Below are positions 6,390-13,215 of a stretch of DNA of 19,528 bases, piece after piece. A program made the position numbers and the translations under genes. The stretch is taken from the NCBI GenBank assembly GCA_048885865.1, contig JBHLLF010000048.1:1-19528 (forward strand). The letters run 5' to 3'. Position 1 is the first letter of the stretch. Each line of letters opens with the position of its first letter. The notes under the pieces were generated by a model, which was given only the letters and a program-made list of their open reading frames with translations, was not told the origin of the DNA and ran no database searches. This DNA is from Candidatus Hermodarchaeota archaeon (lineage in GTDB: Archaea > Asgardarchaeota > Thorarchaeia > Thorarchaeales > Thorarchaeaceae).

Positions 6390-9205
6390 TGTTCCTAGCG
6401 GCACGCATGGTGTCACGTGCGCCTCAAGTTGCTGCAACACTAATCGTGTTCTCAATCTCAGCGGGAGTGCTAGGTGGCATTCTATTCTATATGGACAGCG
6501 CAGGACCTCATGTCCTCGCGGAGATGACAGAAGATATACCCGTTGACATGCACCTCACCTTCAGCTATTCTTTCTACCAACAGAATGAGACCACTATGGC
6601 TGATATAGAGCAAATTGTGACATCACAAGAATGGATTGAAGAAACAGAAACCGTGTCGAGACTTGAATACTATGATTGGCGTCAAGAAGACTATCGAGAT
6701 GCATTCAATATACTTCTCGGTGTTAATGACACCTTCTATGATACCTTCCCAAATGCTCTTGACCTTGATGTAGATCCATCTATCATAACAGATACCACAT
6801 GTGTTGTTGAAGAAGCTAAACTTGGCAGACTGGGCCTTTCGATTGGCGATAACCTCACGGTCTGGATGGAAACCTACAATGAGACTGGGGGGTACTGGTA
6901 TCCTCTTGAGTACAATTTTACAATCATAGGTACATTCACCACAGACTTGTTCATACAGTATTATTATTGGGAAGACACTATAGGCACATCCCTTCTTATG
7001 GTGACGACAAGAGAAGGTCTCACTGAAACCTTTGAGGAGCTTGATCCGGGATATTATGGAGGACTGCAAGACGAGATTTGGTCAACCATAGACCATGATA
7101 TTGTGGAGACTGCCGACCCTGTTTCCGTTATGCAAGAAATAGAGTATAGAATCGAGCAGCAAGCATTACCATATGCAAGAGTCAGCGATTTCGCTCTACT
7201 TTGGGCTGTCTACGAATACATGACATGGGGATCGAGTATGCGTGCTGTAGCATTAGCATTCTCAATTCCAACCCTTGTAATGGCAGTAATGCTCGTCTAT
7301 TACAACTCAAACTTGCTAGCTGATGAGAGAAGAAAAGATGTTGGCACACTAAAGACCCGGGGAGCATCAGGGTGGCAGGCATTTCGATGGATCTTAAGCA
7401 TAGCATTGACAACAGGAATCTTTGGTAGCTTTGGTGCTATTATCACTGGAGCTATATCAGCCCTGGTTTCAGCATCTGTTCGCGAATTCCTTTCATTCAG
7501 ATTGGATATGCTAGCTGAGTTTTCGCTCCTTTTCACTCCTGAAGCAACAATAGCCGTCTTCCTCTTCTCATTCATCGTAGGCTTGATTGTGGCGCTGCCT
7601 TCCGCAGTTAGAGCTTTGCTGATGACACCCACAGAGGCCCACAGCGTTATTGAAAGAGAGGTCCTGGTTGAAGCTGAGAAAATGAGTAGTCCGGGAATCG
7701 ATCTCCTTGCTTTGGGTATCTCGGGGTACCTTCTCTCTCCCATCCTGTTTGCAATGAGCTACATGACAATGAGCATCTATAGTGCAATGCTATTTGCTGC
7801 AATCGTGATTCCACTTCTGGGCATTTTCACTGTAGCGCTCACTAGACTACTATCTCGTCCCACTTCCTCAGTGAAATCCAAAGTTCTTGCCCGAATAGAC
7901 CGAAAATCTCTGCACGCTGGCACCCGCGTCATCTCAGGCAACATTCGATTATTCAAGAAGAGTGAAGCTATGGGCGTGATGTTCGTAGCAATGGTTTTCG
8001 CGGCAGGTATCTTCTCCTCTCTTTCAGCTACCACTGGCACGACACATATGAAACAGGTCCTGACGTTTGAGGTGGGAGCTGATATCAGTATTGAAGTGGC
8101 CCCTGGATTGCAGAATGTGACACTTGACATATTAGAGAATATAACTGCGGTTGAGGGTGTATCTCATGCAAGTGGAATGATTCAAGCTGAAGCCGAAGTA
8201 AACTATTGGACCTCCGAATGGGGAACAAGAGTAAATGTCACGCGGCCCGTCACAGTCTATGGAGTTCAACCGAATGAGTGGTTAGATTCGGCTTTCTGGC
8301 TAGATTATTTCACAAAGGATACACTTCCCCAAGAGTCAATACCTCAGCTGGCCGTTGACAACTCAACTATTCTTAGCTCATTCAAGCCAATAGAACGCTA
8401 TCAAATTAGTGGCATGCAGTATACGCCAATATACGGCGATTTGCTAACTCTGACTTTGAGTGGACTATCCTGGAAGAACATTAGTGAATGCACAATCATA
8501 GATGTGATGGCATCAACCTATGATTCCTATAGTGGCAACAAATACCTTCCTGGCGAATCTTCCGCCAGCAACTTTCTGGTTATGAATATAGACTACGTTC
8601 AGGCTTGCCTAAACACTTCGCAAATTGAAAAAATCTATGTCGACATTGTGGATGGAGCAAACTACACTCGGGTTCTTCGTGACCTCTACGAGATTGCTCC
8701 AAACAGCTTTCAGACACTTGAATCAGCTCAAGCTCGAATTGATTCTGCACTTGAATCAAGAGCCGGCCAATCGATATATGGAGCCTACACATTGAATGTT
8801 GTGTTCGCTTTTATTTACTTGACTGCAGGAGTTCTCATTGTTGCAATGGTTAGATTCGGCAAACTGCGAAGGCAATTTTCTGTCATGCGGGCCATGGGTG
8901 CTGAACCAAGATCTATCCTTGTTGCAGTGCTCATAGAGTCTTTGACTGGAGTAGTCCTTGCAGCCATGATTGGAGGATTGGTGGGGCTCCTGTTGACAAG
9001 TTTCGTGATTCAACTACCTCTCACGTACATGGGTAGTATGACAATCCAGCTGTGGAATCGACTCCCTGTAATTCTTGCTGTGCCGACAGCTTTACTTGTG
9101 ACGATTCTGGGGGCAGCAGTGCTCTCCAGTCTTGCGGCAACCTATTTTGTTGTCGCCCGAAATCTTAGACGAAATATCGCAATGGAAATTCAATATGTGG
9201 AATGA
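6389..9205 (+). CDS. Type VII ABC permease (FtsX/MacB family, two extracellular domains) - permease B1
   Basis: Start overlaps the upstream stop (TAATG). Coupling motifs ERRKDVGTLKTRGAS and LRRQFSVMRAMGA. Same TM/ectodomain layout as A1. Confidence 0.92.
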   Translation: MFLAARMVSRAPQVAATLIVFSISAGVLGGILFYMDSAGPHVLAEMTEDIPVDMHLTFSYSFYQQNETTMADIEQIVTSQEWIEETETVSRLEYYDWRQEDYRDAFNILLGVNDTFYDTFPNALDLDVDPSIITDTTCVVEEAKLGRLGLSIGDNLTVWMETYNETGGYWYPLEYNFTIIGTFTTDLFIQYYYWEDTIGTSLLMVTTREGLTETFEELDPGYYGGLQDEIWSTIDHDIVETADPVSVMQEIEYRIEQQALPYARVSDFALLWAVYEYMTWGSSMRAVALAFSIPTLVMAVMLVYYNSNLLADERRKDVGTLKTRGASGWQAFRWILSIALTTGIFGSFGAIITGAISALVSASVREFLSFRLDMLAEFSLLFTPEATIAVFLFSFIVGLIVALPSAVRALLMTPTEAHSVIEREVLVEAEKMSSPGIDLLALGISGYLLSPILFAMSYMTMSIYSAMLFAAIVIPLLGIFTVALTRLLSRPTSSVKSKVLARIDRKSLHAGTRVISGNIRLFKKSEAMGVMFVAMVFAAGIFSSLSATTGTTHMKQVLTFEVGADISIEVAPGLQNVTLDILENITAVEGVSHASGMIQAEAEVNYWTSEWGTRVNVTRPVTVYGVQPNEWLDSAFWLDYFTKDTLPQESIPQLAVDNSTILSSFKPIERYQISGMQYTPIYGDLLTLTLSGLSWKNISECTIIDVMASTYDSYSGNKYLPGESSASNFLVMNIDYVQACLNTSQIEKIYVDIVDGANYTRVLRDLYEIAPNSFQTLESAQARIDSALESRAGQSIYGAYTLNVVFAFIYLTAGVLIVAMVRFGKLRRQFSVMRAMGAEPRSILVAVLIESLTGVVLAAMIGGLVGLLLTSFVIQLPLTYMGSMTIQLWNRLPVILAVPTALLVTILGAAVLSSLAATYFVVARNLRRNIAMEIQYVE

Positions 9206-9211
9206 TGAATC

Positions 9212-10114
9212 ATGTCAGAAGACTTGGAAAAAGTATCACACGAAAACAAAGTAGTCGTAAGAGACCTAATGAAGGTCTATCGCCGTGGCCAGAAGGAGGT
9301 AATAGCCCTTCGAGGTCTGGATTTTGAAGTTGGGCATGGTGAATTCCTGAGCATCGTGGGACCAAGCGGTTCTGGAAAGTCGACATTACTGAAAATGCTT
9401 GGTGCTCTTGACAAGCCCACTGCAGGCACGATTCTCTTCGACGGCAATAGCGTGACTCTTCTCGATGACAGACGATCAATGCTATTCAGAAGAGCCAAGG
9501 TTGGATTTGTCTGGCAGACTGGCAACCTGGTGCCTGGCCTTACAGCATTCAAGAATGTCACTCTTCCAATGCGACTTGCTGGTGCGCCCAAGACTGCTGC
9601 AAATGATAGAGCAATGATGCTTCTTGATACGATGGGACTTTCAGATAGAGTAAATCACAAGCCAAGCCAGCTGAGTGGAGGGCAGAATCAGAGAGTTGCC
9701 ATCTGTGTCGCCCTGGCGAACAAACCAGAACTGCTTCTTGCAGATGAGGTGACAGGTGAGCTTGATTCTGAAACCGCGATGATGGTTATGGAGGCTCTGA
9801 AAAAGATAAACAAGGATTTTGGCACATGCATTGTGAATGTTACTCATAATCCTGGAGTAGCAGAATATGCAAGCCGCGTAATCAGGATTCGTGATGGGCT
9901 AATCGAAGGTCAGCGACATACGTTATACGGTGATATAACTGAGGTCGATGCCAAGGGGCGGATGGTGATACCGGACACAGTGAGGAAACTTGCTGGAATT
10001 AGAAAAAGAGTCGTCCTAAAGGTGACTAGCGAAGGAATTCTTGTGTCTCCTCTTGAGAGCGAAGAGTTAGAAAATGACATACCGGAAGCAACAAGTGAGG
10101 TATCTGAGGCATAG
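9212..10114 (+). CDS. ABC ATPase (LolD/MacB family) with C-terminal AbrB/MraZ/SpoVT-like swapped-hairpin domain - ATPase 2
   Basis: GPSGSGKST, VGFVWQ, LSGGQNQR, LLADEVTGELD, VTHN. The C-terminal extension VDAKGRMVIPDTVRKLAGI...EGILVSP matches the AbrB/MraZ pattern vD.kGR..IP...R. Confidence 0.93.
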   Translation: MSEDLEKVSHENKVVVRDLMKVYRRGQKEVIALRGLDFEVGHGEFLSIVGPSGSGKSTLLKMLGALDKPTAGTILFDGNSVTLLDDRRSMLFRRAKVGFVWQTGNLVPGLTAFKNVTLPMRLAGAPKTAANDRAMMLLDTMGLSDRVNHKPSQLSGGQNQRVAICVALANKPELLLADEVTGELDSETAMMVMEALKKINKDFGTCIVNVTHNPGVAEYASRVIRIRDGLIEGQRHTLYGDITEVDAKGRMVIPDTVRKLAGIRKRVVLKVTSEGILVSPLESEELENDIPEATSEVSEA

Positions 10115-10371
10115 TGGAAACTGCACCCGAGGTGATAGTCTTGAGTAAGAGAAGCCTGCCATGGTCATTCTATGCAGTCATTGTCACATTCGGTATCTTC
10201 TTCTTTAGCATCAATGCATACTTTCTAACTATATGGCTGGCGCATCCGTGGCAAAGCGAACTCTGGCTTTTGGGTGTGGGCATTGGGCTTGTAGGTCTCA
10301 TATACTCTGTCTATATGGTTCGAATACATCAACGGGATTTGATTGCAGCCAAGGAGCAGCTGAATGAATAA
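10114..10371 (+). CDS. Small 2-TM membrane protein, translationally coupled to ATPase 2
   Basis: GTG start overlaps the TAG stop (TAGTG). Two hydrophobic helices (WSFYAVIVTFGIFFFSINAYFLTIWL; LWLLGVGIGLVGLIYSVYMV) and a charged tail. Confidence 0.75.
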   Translation: METAPEVIVLSKRSLPWSFYAVIVTFGIFFFSINAYFLTIWLAHPWQSELWLLGVGIGLVGLIYSVYMVRIHQRDLIAAKEQLNE

Positions 10372-10396
10372 GCACCAATGACACACAATTGACAAC

Positions 10397-10406
10397 TTTT
10401 TATTTA
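10397..10406 (+). promoter_or_regulatory. TATA-like box for the second permease pair (may double as T-rich terminator of the upstream operon)
   Basis: TTTTTATTTA in the 66-nt intergenic gap, about 30 nt upstream of the GTG at 10438. This spacing suits a leaderless or short-leader archaeal transcript. Confidence 0.5.
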
Positions 10407-10437
10407 GGCTTCATGCAGAACTCGAAAGCAGACAGAG

Positions 10438-13215
10438 GTGTATTCAACGACTCTCCTAGCGCCAAATAATCGCCAGCTAAAAATCAGACGGCGACGGGGA
10501 TTGACCACATTTGGACTCTTCTTGGTAGGATTGATGCTGCTTGGCGTTTCGATTCATATCGACACAATATCCCTCGAGATTTGGGATGAGGCAATGAATG
10601 TCGGCGCCATAGCAATGCTAATTCACGGAGATGGAGTAGAATCTGTGGTCGATGAGATTCGTCAGGTCGACGGAGTAGTCGCTGCGGCAATTACAGCAGA
10701 TGCAATGTCATATCTTCGAATGGATACAAATGAGATCTATCATGGAGGACTCTTTCCTGACTTCTTGGTGACAGGACAAAGTTATGCCATCTCCGAGGAG
10801 TATCTGGAAGCATTTCCATCTGTGTTTCAGTTTCTTGAAGGAAGGCTTCCAAGAACAGAAACTGAAATCGCTTTGGAACTTAGCGTTGCGGATTATGCTG
10901 ACGTAGTCATTGGAGACCTAATGAACTACTCCATTGAATTAAATGTTGGAAAACGTCCTGTCTATGTCTGTGGCATCTATATCCAAGAAATTGGCAACGA
11001 GATCTTTGATTTCTACTACCATTCAACATGTATCGTCCTACCTGAACTTCTCAATCCTAACGATCTGGAATACCGTGTGAACATTGAGATTGACAGAAGC
11101 AGTCTCTCACCCTTTGACCCTCAAGGTAGTCTGCGACGACTTCGAGCCATTGAGAGAAGCATAGTGATCTTATATCCAGGCTATCCCGAAGCGGCATCGG
11201 TGCCTCGCTTCTTTGTAACGGATGACCTCGCCACAGGTGTAGAGGGGTATATGGAGTGGATTGCAGAGCAAAGGCTAGCTGAATTGACACGACTGCAGGC
11301 GAGTGTGCTTCTTGGCGGTTTGCTCCTAATTCTTACTGTTCGATTCTATTTAGACGAAAGAAGAGTGGAAGTCCAGATGCTCCGGGCTAGAGGAGCATCC
11401 AATCGTCAAATTCATACGTTTCTTATTAGAGAACTGATTGGACTTTCAGCTGTAGCAGTCATTTTTGCACTAATTATCGGGGTGCCTGCTAGCCGAATCG
11501 CAGTCGCATCTGTTGATTTCTTGGTGTTCCATCCTATTGCCATCACAGAATTGCCATTGCTAATCTCACTTCAGACACTAATCTATGCAGTCTTTCTAGC
11601 TGGCTTAATGCCTGTAGTTGGGTATGCTGCAAGCTCCCCATTGGAATCTGAGAAGAGAGAGAGAGAAGATGAACCTGGAAGATTGGCTCGGTTCAGCCGT
11701 GGATTACGGCTAATTCGTTGGGATGCATTAATCATTATTCTGTCGCTCTTCTTCCTTGCGTCGATATATCTAGGTGGGACAGCTATACAGGAGAATCCAA
11801 ATCTGATTCTCATCCAGAGCTTATTGCCATATCCGTTGTTCCTTGGAGTTGCTAGTCTGGCTATTAAGATCATGAATCAGCTTGGAGAAGGGCTCGCAAT
11901 GGTTCTCGCTAGAATCAAAAGAGGAATGCCTCTAGTGATTGGAGGAAGACAAGCCACCAAAGAGGTTAGATTTGCAGGACCTTTGATTCTTATCATCGTA
12001 CTTTCCCTTTGCATCTCCATCAATAACGGAGTAGTCGCTTCATCACTGCCTCAGACTGAACTTAATCATGCAAGGTTTGCAGTAGGAGGAGACATCAATA
12101 TACTACTTAGTGACACCATGCAACATGAGTGGGAGCATCTCGATGTCTATACAAGAAGTCACGATAGTTGTGCTGCTTCATCATTCGTCAATGTTGGAAG
12201 ATTGTACCTTTCAGATGGCCTACAAGGGAGGGCTACTTTTGTGGCGGTACAACCTGACGAGTATTCACATGTGGGCTTTGATCATTTCGGAGCAAGCCTT
12301 GACGATTCATACCTGACTCCATCCTTGCAGGAACTACAAGCAAATCCCTCTAGCGCAGTTATCACTGAGAATCTGGCAATTGAATATGGGCTTGAAATTG
12401 GTGATGAGCTTCATGGGTTTAATTTGGGAGATACTGAAACATCTTCAGGATTTACCATTTTAGACATAGTTCCTGCGCTTTCATCGCCTCTAATTCTCGA
12501 CGACCCCGACAACGCACGGGATCGGACAAGGGTAGGAATATCAAGAATCTGGCTTAATGTCAATTACATAGCAGGATTAATTGACCTTCATACCAATACA
12601 GATACCTACTACTGTATCCGGTCCACTACCGAAACCAACAGCGGAGAATTGTTGGAGGACATCATTGGGGAAGTGGGCATAGAGATTGCCTATTTGGGTC
12701 GTAGAACCTCTGTAGGAGATGCAGTGGAATCCTATCTTGGGCAGGATACCTATATCCATGACCGTGCAGTTGACAGCCTCTTAACAATCCTGACTCTTCC
12801 CACCATTATCGGAGGAATTCTGATTTATGAAGCAACTGCTGAAGCAAAAACAAGAAGGCAATTTGGGATTCTGAAATCGATGGGAGCCGAGTCCAGTCAG
12901 CTAATGAGCATCCATTTAGCTGAGATCTTCGTTCTAGCTATCCTGAGTTTGATTGTGTTTGTTCTCTACGGACCTCTGTTCATAGCAAATTCGCTTGAGA
13001 GGGCATATAGCGTTTACAGAATCAGGCCGCTAGTATATCCTGTATTGATATTTGCTGACCCAGTATTGCACTTCGCATTATCAGTAGTGATCTTGTTTCT
13101 TTTGACGCTGCTGATAGTTTCCGGACTGGCATTTACGCAAAACCAGAGGAGAGTGAGCTTTGACTCACTGAATTCGCACTGGACGAAATCTATTGTACGG
13201 GAGGGTCTTGAGTAG
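10438..13215 (+). CDS. Type VII ABC permease, paralog of 3564..6389 - permease A2
   Basis: Shares RRRRG-TM1, 'PFD..GSLR.L', 'GRLA..SRGL.LIRWDALI', 'LFLGVASL' and 'LP.T.LNH.RFA.G.D' with permease A1. Confidence 0.92.
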   Translation: MYSTTLLAPNNRQLKIRRRRGLTTFGLFLVGLMLLGVSIHIDTISLEIWDEAMNVGAIAMLIHGDGVESVVDEIRQVDGVVAAAITADAMSYLRMDTNEIYHGGLFPDFLVTGQSYAISEEYLEAFPSVFQFLEGRLPRTETEIALELSVADYADVVIGDLMNYSIELNVGKRPVYVCGIYIQEIGNEIFDFYYHSTCIVLPELLNPNDLEYRVNIEIDRSSLSPFDPQGSLRRLRAIERSIVILYPGYPEAASVPRFFVTDDLATGVEGYMEWIAEQRLAELTRLQASVLLGGLLLILTVRFYLDERRVEVQMLRARGASNRQIHTFLIRELIGLSAVAVIFALIIGVPASRIAVASVDFLVFHPIAITELPLLISLQTLIYAVFLAGLMPVVGYAASSPLESEKREREDEPGRLARFSRGLRLIRWDALIIILSLFFLASIYLGGTAIQENPNLILIQSLLPYPLFLGVASLAIKIMNQLGEGLAMVLARIKRGMPLVIGGRQATKEVRFAGPLILIIVLSLCISINNGVVASSLPQTELNHARFAVGGDINILLSDTMQHEWEHLDVYTRSHDSCAASSFVNVGRLYLSDGLQGRATFVAVQPDEYSHVGFDHFGASLDDSYLTPSLQELQANPSSAVITENLAIEYGLEIGDELHGFNLGDTETSSGFTILDIVPALSSPLILDDPDNARDRTRVGISRIWLNVNYIAGLIDLHTNTDTYYCIRSTTETNSGELLEDIIGEVGIEIAYLGRRTSVGDAVESYLGQDTYIHDRAVDSLLTILTLPTIIGGILIYEATAEAKTRRQFGILKSMGAESSQLMSIHLAEIFVLAILSLIVFVLYGPLFIANSLERAYSVYRIRPLVYPVLIFADPVLHFALSVVILFLLTLLIVSGLAFTQNQRRVSFDSLNSHWTKSIVREGLE

